From contig NW_025964112.1 in NCBI RefSeq assembly GCF_023055435.1, positions 32,302,001 through 32,366,000 on the forward strand: a DNA stretch of 64,000 nucleotides, written 5' to 3'. Source of the DNA: Haliotis rufescens (taxonomy: Eukaryota). Below the pieces are notes generated by a model. It was given only the letters and a program-made list of their open reading frames with translations. It searched no databases and had not been told where the DNA came from. The position numbers and the translations under genes were made by a program. This document shows, one piece after another, positions 13,301 through 28,300 of this stretch; position 1 is the first letter of the stretch, and each line of letters opens with the position of its first letter.

Positions 13301-16300
13301 TGACACTTTACAGGTGTGTGTGTGTATCTGACACTTTACAGGTGTGTGTGTGTATCTGACACTTTACAGGTGTGTGTGTGTATCTGGCACTTTACAGGTG
13401 TGTGTGTGTATCTGGCACTGTACAGGTGTGTGTGTGTGTATCTGGCACTTTACAGGTGTGTGTGTCTGGCACTGTACAGGTGTGTGTGTGTATCTGGCAC
13501 TGTACAGGTGTGTGTGTGTATCTGGCACTTTACAGGTGTGTGTGTGTATCTGGCACTGTACAGGTGTGTGTGTGTATCTGGCACTGTACAGGTGTGTGTG
13601 TATCTGGCACTTTACAGGTGTGTGTGTGTATCTGACACTTTACAGGTGTTCGTGTGTATCTGGCGCTTTACAGGTGTGTGTGTGTATCTGGCACTGTACA
13701 GGTGTGTGTGTGTATCTGGCACTTTACAGGTGTGTGTGTCTGGCACTGTACAGGTGTGTGTGTGTATCTGGCACTTTACAGGTGTGTGTGTGTATTTTGC
13801 ACTTTACAGGTGTGTGTGTGTATCTGGCACTTTACAGGTGTGTGTGTGTATCTGGCACTTTACAGGTGTGTGTGTGTCTGGCAATGTACATGTGTGTGTG
13901 TATCTGGCACTTTACAGGTGTGTGTGTGTGTATCTGGCACTTTACAGGTGTGTGTGTGTCTGGCACTGTACAGGTGTGTGTGTGTATCTGGCACTGTACA
14001 TGTGTGTGTGTATCTGGCACTTTACAGGTGTGTGTGTATCTGACACTTTACAGGTGTGTGTGTATCTGACACTTTACAGGTGTGTGTGTATCTGACACTG
14101 TACAGGTGTGTGTGTCTATCTGACACTTTACAGGTGTGTGTGTGTATCTGGCACTTTACAGGTGTGTGTGTATCTGACACTTTACAGGTGTGTGTGTGTA
14201 TCTGACACTTTACAGGTATAGGTTGACTTGACTGTGTCACTTACTCATGGGTATCAGGGTATAATAATATAATATATAATTTGTTTATAATTTGATAATG
14301 ATACAATAATTATAATACCCAATAAGTTTTTAATGTGAAGTTTACACAAAATATGTCTCTTCCATTGGTTGGTCACATGACCGCTAAACTGAAGTTCATA
14401 AGTGTATGAGCGACACATTTTAACATTCATACTTTTGTCACGAGACTGTATTATTTAAATGACGGACTACTTCCACATTCCTCTGGAAACACCTGGGAAT
14501 TCCCTAGCATGAATAAATACAGAAGCCGTGTTTCTCATCATTTAGACACTTTAATCTTGAAGTTAGCTTTTTAGCCTACATTGGGATAAGTTAGAGAGTT
14601 TGACTGAATACCTGTTCAGGGATATCCTTGCTACGACCCATCCTAGAGAACAAAACAAAGAAAAGCACCTCCAACCTATTGTAGTATCCATTCGATCCGT
14701 GACAGTCTACACTAATATATGAATGTACCTTAGTATCTATTTGACGCATCTTTACAATCGCCTTTCATTGATGACTAAAACATGTAACCACTACTGGTTC
14801 ATTAACAACTCGGAAATGTCCCTCGTCACGTTTATCTTGTCGTTCATTTTGATGTAAGTGTATTACGACGCGCTGTCATTGTGACTTACTGAGGTAGTTC
14901 TTAACAGACCTTTCTCATCTAATCAGGATATTATTTGAATACATTTGTTGTAAAGAAACTACAAAAGTTGTTCCTGTAGAGCATGTTGAGCAAGTCACAT
15001 ACGTTCATGTCGCCTCTCATTTTGAGGAACTATTTTATTCTGCGATGCAGCTAGTTGTTGAATGGCTGTCAGTGTAAACATGAAGTCACACATACTAAAT
15101 ATTATTGTGTTTAGATCTAGGTCTATATCATTTGAGGTAAAAAATAGTGAAAAATTATAAGAATTGACTTTCACTTTGTTGTGGTATATCTATGCTTCCA
15201 AACTAATTGTCCCATGTTCATAAAACAAAGTGCTCTGTGATCAATTTAACAAACCCTATCAATACTATTGATGGCATAAGATGTTTTATGTTATAGTATG
15301 TTTCCAATTTTTATGTGCTAAGAGAGTATGTCAGTGTAAATGAAATGTGTACATCCTTGTAGCTCCTCAGTGAGTCTCAAGTGTCAGAATGATTCTTTTC
15401 ATATTATTTCAGTTTCCTTTTCATTGACACAAAATTCAGTGTTGTACTTTGGCAAATGCATATGTATGACGAAGAAAAATGTTTGCAATTACTATGTCCA
15501 GAAACCAACGCATCTCAGAGATATGGCTTAGGGAATATGAGAGTTGAGCTAAACGTTTGTATTTGAAGAATAACACCTCTTGTAGCACCAAGTTACCGAC
15601 TGATAACTGTAATTCTCTTTTGAGGAATCAGCAGGAGAATTTGACAGGGGTGAGGGAAACTGCCAGAAAATTGTGCAACGAGCCGTGATTGAGAACCTGC
15701 ATAGAGGGGGCAGATATTTCATTTTATCAATATTTCTTCGACTCTTAAAGCTAGCTATGATGAAGAACACATGAACGGGTTGTCAAATATTTCACAGAGT
15801 CCACAGTTGTTTAATATTTTCTTGACAAATGTTGTCCATGGAAGTTTTTCAGAGATGCCAGCATAGTTATGAGTGATAATTTCATAAATAATATTTGTTA
15901 ATTTTTTTGAGTTTGATTATTGGTTGCCATTTTATGCCAGAATAGAAAAGCTTGTTTGTACATTTTGATACAGAGGGGTTCCCTCCCGAGTCCTGCGGTC
16001 ACTGCAGTATTGTTTTTGTTGTTGCTTTAACTTAGTGTTTAAGAGGTCGCCTTCTGCCTTAGCAATTTCGGCCGAATCCTGTGTGTTTTAAGCCTGGTTC
16101 AGAGGGCTGTATATGTAACTGTGGCACCAATTTGGCCATTTTGCATGAATATATGTTTGTGTGGTGGTTTTGGTGGTGTTTGAGTCAGTTGCTTTATTAT
16201 TCCCTGTCCCAATGAAGTTGGCGGGGGATATTGAAATGGGTTCCGTCCGTCCGTCCATGTGTGCGTGCGTCCCAAAATCGTTACTGGAGCATAACTCAGA

Positions 16301-19300
16301 AACTCTTAAATATTTCTCTACGAAACCTTGCATGTCTACCATGCACATACTGAACTGGTGCCTTTTGCTCTATAGGAATTTTATAAATTTATATTTTGTA
16401 TGTTTCCATGGCAACAAGTTGGATTTAGGTTCTTTAAGGGTGGTTTTCGTTTCCGGAGTGTAACTCAAAAACAGTTAAATACTTTCTTACAAAACTTTGC
16501 ATGTCTACCAGGCACATACTGAACTGGTGCCTTTTCATATTTAGCACTTTTAGAAATTTTTACTTTAGAATTTCCATTGCAGCTGTTTTGGCATGGGCTA
16601 AGAGAAATGTTGGGTCAGTTACCTGGATAATAACATGTTAAAATAGGCAGGGGATATAGATGACTTCATCGACTATACGCTTGTTTAATTTTGAAGAGAG
16701 TGTTGTGTCTAATTTTGGGATTTTGCCTACCTTTAGATTACAGTACCACAAACTTTTAAACATGTTTAACCTGGTTTCGATTCCCGACATGGGTACAGTG
16801 TGTGAAGCCCATTTCTGGTGTCGCCTGCCATGATATTGCTGGAATATTGCTAAAAGCGGTGTAAAACCATACTCACTAACTCACTCAAACGCGTGACAAT
16901 ACCCTATGACATAATTTGTAGTATTTTGTTGCCAGTCACACCGGGGAAACTATGGCCTGTGACGCCAGGGGTCATCGAGTGTGCATAAGCTCCTCCCAGT
17001 GATCCATCATCTCTACACGCAATGTCATTGAATACGCCCAGCGATGTTGTTTAGTTTAGTGGTGATATTAGATTACTCCAAACTCTATCCTTAGCCCTTG
17101 GGTCCCCTTTACGATCAATCACCTCTTTACGATCATTAGGGTTAGGTACCTGTTTGTGGCTAGTATTGATTCTATAGCTGCTCCTAATATTCTTCACACA
17201 AACACGTCGAGAGAAAAAAAAGGATGAAATGGTTTTGTGTCGAATATTTTGGCTATTGGAAACTGTCCTGGAACATTCACACAAGCCACACTTTCACCCG
17301 CTTCAATTATTCAGTACTGATTCAAACGCAAACGCACCCATGTGTCGTCACTAGCCATGCTTATGCATCCCTCGTTCCTTACTATTATCCACATTATCCT
17401 TACAGTGTTTCTTACCACACTTTTCTGTGACAAAAATCACCCGACGAATTAATAAAAAGCATGTCATTCATGCATATCAGCGAGTTCGACATCTGACATC
17501 TGATGCCTGGAGCCGTTTTCAGTTCTCACCATATAGAGTCATTCCTCAACACTTGGTATCTTGCAGATTACGGAATGGGAGGAGTGTGCCAAATGGCATC
17601 TTGATCACTTGGTAAGTGTCCATAGACTAAAGTCACGAGACACAATGCCTACCCCTAACTTCGTAAGTGTCCGTCACATACTCGACCCTTTTCTTTCAGT
17701 TATGTATCGGCATGGGCATGACCAGGTAAATTTACACTTAATTTCACAGTGTGAACATAGCTCAGTCAGTTTACTGTCGGGCTAACAATCCGAAGGTCGC
17801 AACTTCGTGTCCAATGGATTCTTACAAAAACTGGTTGCTTTGACACGTGACCTACGGCAGAGATCGTCCTCACGAGAAGTTGTGGTTCTGTATTCTAAAG
17901 GTGCTCCGGGGGTTTGAAGTTTGGGTGTGAAGATGTTGGTTGGTCTTGTGTTTTGTTTGAAGTCGTTCAATTTGTGTAAGTTTAAGTAATCTAGTATGCA
18001 TTGTGATATTGGGGTTAACAGTGTTTTTTGACTTCTTAGACTTATGTTATTTTTAAGGATTTGTTGGATTTGGGTGTTTAACAGGGTTGAGTTTAAGAAA
18101 TTTATAAATCCAGGGGGATTTCGCCTGTTAGGGCCAGTAGTGCCGTAAGTGGTGTACCATGCTGTGTGCGTGTGATTATTTTCAGGGCTTGACGTTGGAT
18201 TGTATTTAGCTTATTGTTAAATGTTTTGTTTAAGTATTGTATATTGCGCATCCGTAGTCCAGTTCTGATCTAATGAGAGATGTAAAGAGGGATAGTAGGG
18301 TCTCCTTGGAGGCCCCCAATTGGAACCTACCAGGCAGAGGAGTGTTTAAATTCTTTGTACATCTTGTTTCCAAGTTTTTACCGTGAACACCCCATGTGAG
18401 ATGTTCATCGAAGATTAATCCCAGGAATTTGGTTTGTTTTTTTGAATTGGATGGGATTATTTTTTAGATGTAGGGATTTTAGATATTTTAGGGATGTTTA
18501 CGCACATTTTCGTATGTTTGAATACTATTCCTGTTGTTTTTTCGGCATATTATGAGAAGCCCCATTTATTTGCCCATTTTTACCTATGTTTAGTGCCTAT
18601 TTCAGTAAGTTTTGGGCTGGTATTGTTCGCTGTCAGACATCTTATATACTTCCTTGAGGAGCTAGCTTGCTAGCCAACCATAATATATGAAAGACTTATG
18701 AAGAATTACTGACATAAATTAATTAAAGTGGTGTAACCACTGCTCACCAGGATATGGTATTCCAGTGGGCTTTTATTCTGTCAAATAGCTTTTAACGCTT
18801 CAAAGGGAATTAGTTTGGAGATGCTTGTATACATGTTGTATGTTTCCTTTGCATGGTTATGGCTGACCTACAATTTAGTCTATTGCTGTCCCTATTGGGA
18901 TCAGTTTGTGGTCAGCACAGTCCACCTCAGCAGGCAAATTCCACAGAAGCAAACTGACCACAAGATGTGTACCCAGAATGTTGACACATACAGCAGAAGC
19001 CAACCCAAGGAAACATATAAAGGGACCTTCTAGCATGTTGAACCAGTTACCAGTAGAATCCTGATACTGCCTGAATTGTAAAGATCAGACATGAATCCAT
19101 GATTTTGATCCAAACCTCAAGCAAGCTGCAGAAACAGCAGAAACATTGATCCTCACCTCTATCAAAGTACAAGCAGGTGACTTCAGTTGGCAAAATCATG
19201 GATTCATTGTTCTTGGACATGACCTGCTGTGAGGTCAGACTCTCAGTTACAATAATATGCCACAACTATCATGGCATCAAGGGAAAATGATAAAGAAAGT

Positions 19301-22300
19301 TCTGTTGACGCGTGCTACTGCTTCAGGATAGTGTGCCTCTGCACAAGTGGCAGTGGCTGCAGCTGCAGACCGTAGCTTGGAATTACTTCCCAGGTCTTTT
19401 ACTCTCCTGACCTAGCATCCTCTCACTTTATTTCTGCCCTGAACTCAATGATATCTGTGTGATACGTTTATACATGTAACGACAATGTGATTGCCACTGT
19501 CAAGGCTTTTTAAGGTGTCTCAAGAATAAGAATTTTGATTCTAAATGATGTTCAGTATGAGGCCGTGACATTTTCAATTTACCATCATAAAACTATACAT
19601 AGTTGTCCAATCATCAGAAAATTCAACATTTTATCCCAACTGACTTGTTCATTGAGCTTTGCATGTGAATGGAAATATGAAACAAATGGAAATTTTAAAA
19701 TAGTTCAAAGCTATTCCAAAGAAAACACAAGGCTTTGAAATCTGAAATGATGTAATAATTATGTTATGTTGACTACTTTAGTTTTTGTCAGCAGTTGTCC
19801 TGGTTATGGACCAGATATTGTCATCTGGAATCTTCAAATTTGAAAATTGGTTATTGATTATATATGTACATTGTTTAGATACAAAGCCTAGAAACTTGAA
19901 ACTTCTATGATTCAAGATACTGTCATTATGTTCCAAGTTTGTGCATTATGATTGTTGATCAGTTTCGGCTGTTGAAGACAGTGGTTGGAAAACAGTATAT
20001 TTTCTCTTGAAACATAATCAACACTGCCAGCTTCACACTTTGTAGAAACTGCAGCAAAGTCTACATACTTGATTATGTATTGGAAACAACTTGAATCAAA
20101 CTTGGCCTTTGGGTATGTTGGGTGAATGAGTTTATGTGAATACTGAATATTTGCATACTCATGTCAAGTGAAAGCACAGAGTTTCTCAGGTTGTTATAGT
20201 TAGTTATGGATTGTGTAGAAAGAATTTTATGATGTTTATACCATATGGTACCAAGAGAGTAACGAATGATGTGAATGTAAGTGTGTGCACTGTGGAAAAT
20301 AATAGCCCTCCTGTGCCAGAATCAACATCCTTAATCACTTCTTTCTCCATAGGTATTTCACATTGATTTTCCTTATCTTAATTCCCTTCAAAGACTTTCC
20401 ATGGATTTGTGTTTTCCACAGTTAATGTGTTGTGAATGTTTATGTTCAGTTTCCATGGTAACTGATTGATATTGTCACATTATCCTGCATTGCGTATTGA
20501 TCTGGATTTGGCCTCAAGGTCTCCTAAGACAATTACAAATTGAACAATCTCATAACAAGCCCACAGAGCCTGGAAGAAAAGTATAATGGAATTTAGCCCA
20601 GATAGCCCAGTAAATATGCTATTCTTTGAGTCATAGGAAATTGAGTGCTAAAGTCTGATTCATTGGAAACCTCAGTCACATGTTTTTGTACTTATGTTCA
20701 TTTAACAGGTGTGTTTGTATTAATTCCTGATCTGCAATGGTGCTACTCCGAATGTATCCATACAGCGTCACTGAGGACATGCACAAGTTCTGTCTAGTGC
20801 TACTTAGCAGTGAAAATAGCTGCCTGTCCGCTAGCCAAATACCAGAGACTTATTAATTGGGCTACTAACATTTTTGTAAAGTTGGCGTGACTGTTTAGTT
20901 GAAAATTCTAGTCAATACATATTTATATCAACAAATCACGAAGTCAGTTTAACTGTCATTTAGTGTCATGTCCTTTTGTAGTTCATCAGAACCCAGGCAA
21001 AGATGTAAACTGGCTTTTTGTTGTACACTGATTATGACGTATATCCCTATACATGCATTATTAGCGATGCCAGTGAAAGATGATGAACCACCACAACATA
21101 AAGATGTACCAAGCAGCCAAGCAACATCGCCATTGTTTAGCATAGTAGTCTCAAGACGCACAAAACACATTTAGGTTAACACAAAATATGTAGGCTGTAG
21201 ATTGGCTCGATGCAGAGATGAACATAGTGTTATGTTGTGTGAACCAATGCTCATGCACACATCACGTGACGTCATAGAGCCACGACTGAAGATGCACCAT
21301 TTGTCACATGCAGGATTAGCGTGTAAAGTTTGAAAATCACTTGCAGCATATCGTGATAAGAATAAAGACACTCCGTGGTAACACTTGACTGATTGTTAGT
21401 TTTGTCATTAAGTGGTACACATTGAAAACAGTACATGCTCTATATATGTTTCAACGGTTCCTGTTTCTTTTGGCAGTGAGTATAGATTACTAAACAAGTT
21501 CCCTTTAGATACTGTTTTTCCTTTTACAGTGAGTATATTTCAAAACGTATCTATGCTTGTAATTACCAGTAAGATTTAAACTCAGGATTGTATCGGTTGA
21601 CCCAGGGCCAACATTTCTAACGACTGTCCACAGTGTCCAAGGGACACTACTCTCATTTACAACACAAAGTTCAAGGTCGTAAGCCCCTCTTGGTATTTTA
21701 TGAAATATAGAAGTGACAGTGGAGAGTTGATTATCTGTCTTGGAGTAGAGTAGAGGTTGCAGAGTACAGTTTCACAGTGCTACCAACACCTAGTATGAAA
21801 TACCAGCTGATGTAAAAAATAATTCTGTCTGCATGTGATATTAATAAATCAGCATTTAATGAAGATGTATTGTTATTAATCAGGTAATATCTTAAGTTAA
21901 GTAATAAAAATAGATATACAGACAGGATTAGAGACATGTTACCAGACGATTACCTATCCCAGGGACACAGCATAACTTGCTCGGAGTTAGACGCCCCACA
22001 AAATGAGACTTTAAGGTTTTGTTGGAATCTGTAGTTTTTCTCAGGCAATAATTACACATTGATTGTTGTCAATAGATATTTTTCTTCCATTCATTTCTTC
22101 GAAATAGCCCTATTTTAGCAGATCATGAAATGGACTAAGGTGAAGATCTCACCACATCACCAGTCAATTGCATTTTTGTCAATTATTACACTTTCTCTTG
22201 AATATTAAGCAGAGGTTATTGACATTAGAGGATATCCTACTCTGCCTGCACTCACATGGACCTAGGCAATTCTCTGAGCACATACTTAAAGGTCAAGGTC

Positions 22301-25300
22301 ACAAGATAGAAGACTCTCATGAAAAAACATTTGTGGTTACCCTTTCTGAATAAGCATTGATGCATTTATGATTAAACCTAGTATATGCTTTCTTCAGAAT
22401 GGGGCCCCGCTTTGGAAAGGTTTGGGTAAAACGTGTCAAAGGTCATTGAAATATTTGTAAAACATGGTTATATCGTTGTTTGTTTCTGAGGCATTGTTAC
22501 CTCTACCACGTCTACAGGCATGAAACTTTCCTACCACATGGAGGCTGGTGACATGCCCAACAAAAGTCAAGGTCAACTTTGAGATTATTGTGAAATATGG
22601 TTGCATCTTTTGTTGCCAGTTACTGTTGAGTTATGATCTGTGAATACATCTCTAGTTAGAGAGTAAATAACTGGTGTTGCAAGAGTGCATTGTCACAAGC
22701 CTCTTGTCCAGCATTGCATGTAGGGCCCCAGCTGCCTGCTTGTCCTGGCAGCTGACTTAATGGACCGACTTGGTGACTTGGTTGATTGCATATCATTAAT
22801 ATCCCAATTGCATTGATCAATGCTCATGATGTCAATCACTTGATTGTCTGGTCAAAACTATATTTGTTACAGTCTGTCGTCATACAGCCAGAATATTGCT
22901 GAGGTCAGCATTACGCAACAAATGAGCAAAACTAAACATCATGTAAGTGACTATACCTTGTGTTGCCCGTGTTTATCACAAACCATGGAGGGTGACTGAA
23001 TCATCTGAATAAACAGGTGTTCATGTTGTTGTTTTTATGTGCCATAGTTTCTTGTGTATAGTGCACACTTTCTTCCCAACATGTGAAGAAGGGTGGAGCA
23101 TATAATACCTTCATACCAAGAGTGATTACTGTGAGCATGTAGGACCGGGAATACCATGTCAGTAAGTTAATCCTGTTATTACATTACCAGTACTTTGTTA
23201 TCTCATGTTTGTTCACCAGGAATAATACAATGTAGTTTTTGACTGAACACAATACACAAAATAGTAATTTTCCAAAAACATTTACTCAAGTATTTAGTAT
23301 ATACATATGCTATATACATATTACAATGGGTTGGGTTGTTTTTCAAACTAGTTCCAGGACATGGTAATAATTAACTATATTATTTTGTTAAAATTGGTGA
23401 ATATTGTATTAATGAAGGTTAGATGATTGATATTTTAGTAGAATTACTGTAGCCAGCACAGGTGTAGACATAGACCTTAATTACTTGTCTATGAGATCAA
23501 TATCTATTAGCTGGTGTACATTGACAGTAGAAAGTCCCATACACCACAGAGTAGTGCTCACTACCACTCCGGTCTGTTGACAGAGCTATCTTCAGGCATC
23601 TCAGGTGGGTTTATTTTGTCCTGCGTGGTATTTAATTGTATGCATACCTATAGTCAGGACTTAAGCTATTCAGTATGTTTAATGTTCTGTTCAAATGGTC
23701 ATTTTAGGACTGGTTTTAATTGATTCCGGGTCAGGAAGTCAGCAGTCAAACGTATACATGTATATGCATTCATGATCCTGGTTGTGCTTCAGAGTCCTAT
23801 TGTTCACCACTGTTGCCTCTAGTTGTCAGTGGCAGTGGGGTGGACCCAGAATGTGTGCTAGTCAGTAATCCTGCTTGTGCCCCCATGGTGTGTAAGTCCA
23901 GAGCAGTCATCACAGCAAGTTCTGTAATACATGCAGCTGGCTAGACTGACTGACTGACATTGAATAATGGTGAATGAGTTACAATAGTTTTACAGGCTTT
24001 GACAAATACATTGGCCCACGAAACAGCTGTTGGTTAGTTAAGACCATTGATTCTCATATTGAGGTGGTCCAACTGACTTGTGGAAACATATGAACTGTCT
24101 CCTTACCTTCAGCAGGACAGGACAGATAATGGTGAAATATTTGCAATGTAAGAAATTAGTAAAATTCTTTATAAACTGGTGTATAGCCATATAATAGTCG
24201 GACTAGTTATATTTTATTTGTTTATTTTGTAATAGACAAGAATTACAAGAATTTGATGTAATCCAAGTCAACAATCAGTTGTCATGGTTGCTGCCACCAT
24301 ATATTTTGTGGGGAGATTCCAGGTTAGAAAAGGTCCCATATCAACCAATCCTGGTCGTAAGAGGCAACCAAATAAACACACTCCGGCGCAGTGGTGACTC
24401 AGCATAACACCCCTGCCACAGGCTAATTTGCATATCACGTGACCGGACTTTTCTCTTGTTTGTAAACAAACACGCTTTTTCAGAAAGCTGTATAGAACGG
24501 ACTAATGCAAGTAGTTGGGGGCGCTACACATTTTGTTTTGCATAATAATATAGATATGCTACTACAACTGCGACAGTGAGTTGCATGACAATATATATTT
24601 ATACATCAAAGTGACCGTATCTCTAGCTCTCCGTTCGGCTTCGATGACAGCACGTGGAGCCTTACAACCAATGTAAACAAAGGATAACTACGCAAAAACA
24701 AGTAGATGTTCACGTATTAGGATACTTTCATAATGAACCGTAACCATTCTTTGACATTTGTTTATGAAAATGTGTAGACTTGTCAAACATGAAACGGATG
24801 AAAAGCATATGCAATATCTTGAATGGACTGTGAAAGATGTGACGAATAGTCACATGGCGCTGGCCTGTGGCAGAGGTACTATGCTGGCTGGTTCCCGGCC
24901 GCATGGAACTCTGGGTAGGAGAGTGCCAAATAGATAGGGTGGTCACACTTGGTGACTTGGTTGATTATGTCTTGTCTTACCCTGACAGGGTGGGTCATTG
25001 CTCACAGTATCAATCACAGGATTGTCTGGTCTAGACTTGATTATTTACAGGTTTCCATCATACTGCCAAGTGAGTCTTTAAACAACCAACAAACTTACAT
25101 GATGAAACTGAAGATAAGATGGTTATCTTTCCCTAAGAGATGTGTTGATCTGCTAGATGAGTTGCAATGGTTGCAGTGTTACTATGTTAACCTTTATTTT
25201 AGGTGTTTGAAGCTTTAAAGGGAGACCCAGTTGATGCATCTTTGTTACTTTGTCGTTTCCTTGAATAATAGGGATATCAATGGATATCAATGGTAATCTG

Positions 25301-28300
25301 TGTTCCATTAAGTAATCCTGCGCAAAGTTCTTTTCTTCATTCAGAGGCCAGCATGTGATTCAAAGACGAGACATGAGTATGTGACTGACTATTTAACCCG
25401 ATTAAGGTTATTGCCATGCTTTGTCTGTGACTAGATGGTATTTCCATGAGCATGTATCACAGTTTAGGCATCTGTGTAGCACTTAGCTGTAGGCCAGAAG
25501 GCAGCTATAAGCCAACTGTAATCGTTTCCTCACGGACAAGTACATGGTTATTTAGGCCCATCAACTAATAATAGTTTTTGCATGTAACTCTTTATCATAA
25601 CTTTTTTTTCTGCTGAGTTATTAACCTTGTGTATACCCTTCAAATGAGGAGTAAAGATGATTGTTTCTTTGGAAGAGGGAACAGCTGATCACAGCTTCTT
25701 CAGTAGAGGCATTTAGACATGGCAATAAGTGGGGTGTGAGAGACAGCCATTTAGGATGGTCACTGTCCAGGTGATAGTTCAGGAGTAATTACCATCAGAA
25801 TGTAAGTGTAGTAGGTCAATCAAACATCATTTAAATAACCTGATTCAAAACTGATATGACTGTGTATCAGTTCTGAGCCTTGCAGACCGCCTCCATGGTC
25901 TAGTGGTAGAGCGGAAGGTCCAGGGTTCGTTGTCCAGCCGTGTCATACCAAAAGATGTTAGAAGATGGTGCTTGTTGTTGCCCTGCCTGGCGCTCGTCAT
26001 TAAGGGGCTTAAACAAGGACTGGTCGGGTCAGAGTCAGTATACTGTGTCTGAGTGGGGTATCCATCTTAAACTCCTTGGTATCTGGGCTTGGTATCTGTG
26101 CTGGAACTATAAAATCCGCATTAGTCTGGATTAGTTCAAGCAGAGAGAGAGAGATATAGAGAGTATTAGAGACACACATGCATGCGCGCACACGCACACG
26201 CACACGCACACACGCACACACACACATACACACACACAGCTGATGCTTATTTAATTTTGCTGAAAAACGCATGTCTGTATATATCCTCGTGTCATGGCAG
26301 TTCGATCACTTACAAAAAATCGCTGAATATTCATATAATCTTTTTTTCAAATGTCTTACCTCTAAGCTTGTTTATTTATGACAAACATTTCTGAAATCCA
26401 GGTATTTCCACTGAAATTGACACTCGAGGCATGGCCGCCCTCTCACTGTCAACAGAAGTGACCCAGAAAGCTACGTCACACAAGTTTGATCATTTGAATG
26501 CATGGCTTGTTGCATAACCGGGATGACATGTATGGAAGCTCTCTTGTGTCAAAATCCAAATTAGAACAGTCTACAGTCGTTTTATATCTTTGTCCATCAA
26601 AAGTCACAAATATCCAGCTTATTTTACAAGGTTGATGCAGGGAGTTATTCTCCAGGCTCATCGTGACAGGGGCACCAAAACTCAGAATATCGATGCACAA
26701 CACGAACTGGCGTGCAGAAACGTAAATGTGTCCAGTGCTGACTTGTAGGGTGGGTACATTGTGCCCAGGTTGTAATGATCAGTGAGACATTAGCTCGAAC
26801 CTCATCAGATACAAATTGGTTACATTTGCAGCACAGTTCGTCATCACTTGTCACATCACTATCGTACGAATCAAAACTGTCGTCCTGATGCTCGTTGGTC
26901 CGTGAAGTACCAGAAGTACTTACATTCGGTGCAGTGACAGTAGTTGGTTTTTTTTGAAGATTTACTTGGTTTTAGGTGCATGCTTTCTTTTTTTGGGTGC
27001 CAACTTCACAGTCTGGTGGGAAATAGTTTTATTCAGAATGACGTCTTTGGTGATGGCCTTGCCCCCGACAGCAGCGCTCTAAATGTTTCTCTTTTTAGTA
27101 GGCACAGCTTTCTTGAAAAGTACAGTCGTCTTGTCTTTAAAGAATCCTGCTACATCATGGCCCTCAGTAGGTGAAGTGACATCTTTGTCTCCAACTGGCA
27201 CACTTGAATCAATAACACCAGTATCAGGATGCAGCAAACGTTCAGTCGACTTAAAAACTGTTGATGGCACAAAGTTGATATTGGCGGTGGCTGACTCCAC
27301 ATTTCCTGAAAGAGGATTGCAAATTTGTTGGTGTCAGCGACAGGTTATAAGCTCTACAGTCAAGTTCACAAACAGAATGTTTATTTACTGAACATATACA
27401 TGTGACTGAGGTTGTTGGAAATTTTAGCAAAAGCAACCAACATCCATTGGCTGTAAAACATTGGACGTGTGTGCAGGCAGTACAAACAAAATAATTTGAT
27501 GCTGACGTGCCCATTCGATCAGTGGAAGAGAAATGTGGGATCTATGACCATTGTACACAATAAGAAGTGGACTATCTGCAGACGCGGCGACAGCATGCTT
27601 CAGGAGATGATCTGTCAGATACCTTCTGTGTAGAAGGGGGTGCGCATTATACACGCAATAATGAGTTTTGATGTTTTTTCCCAAAACGGAAAGACATTAC
27701 CGTGAGCGCGTAACACCAGAAATACCATGTCAACAAATCCATACTGAAGTACGCAAATTAATCATGTAATTACACAGTCTAGCTATAAAAAGTGTTCTTT
27801 GTATATCTGGACTTATGTTTGTAACTTATTTCATAAATTTTATTCAAAATTCCTTTTAATATTGTTTTAATTAATTTTGGCGAAATCATGTGTGAAGCAA
27901 TTGGAAGATCGCACAACTCACTGTTATTAACAGCAACCACGGTCAAATTACCACTATTGATGCCTTGAAATGAACTTTAGTTGACAGAGAATGGCTACAT
28001 ATATCATAAATGCCATACTTTGACTCATTAAAAGTCATATTTGTTATAGTTTGACGATTCTATACTCAACAACAAAAGTTCCTGTGACACAAATATTTTA
28101 GTGTATTTTTCAAACAAGTAAAGTTTGGTTTTCAATATTGTAGTACATGTATGGAATCAAGTCACAAAAACACAACTGCTACAGAAAAGCATGCATTCCA
28201 TGCAAAAGATCAAGTATCGGTATAAAAACATGTGTGTTAACGGGATTCCATATGCATTGTTTAGCATCGTGCTGACAACAACCACTCAGAAAAACAATAA

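Noticed and set aside
11506-14240. Many overlapping Cys/Val- or His/Thr-rich ORFs up to 273 aa
   Set aside because: They are translations of the (GT)n-containing minisatellite in several frames; no domain and no splice context.
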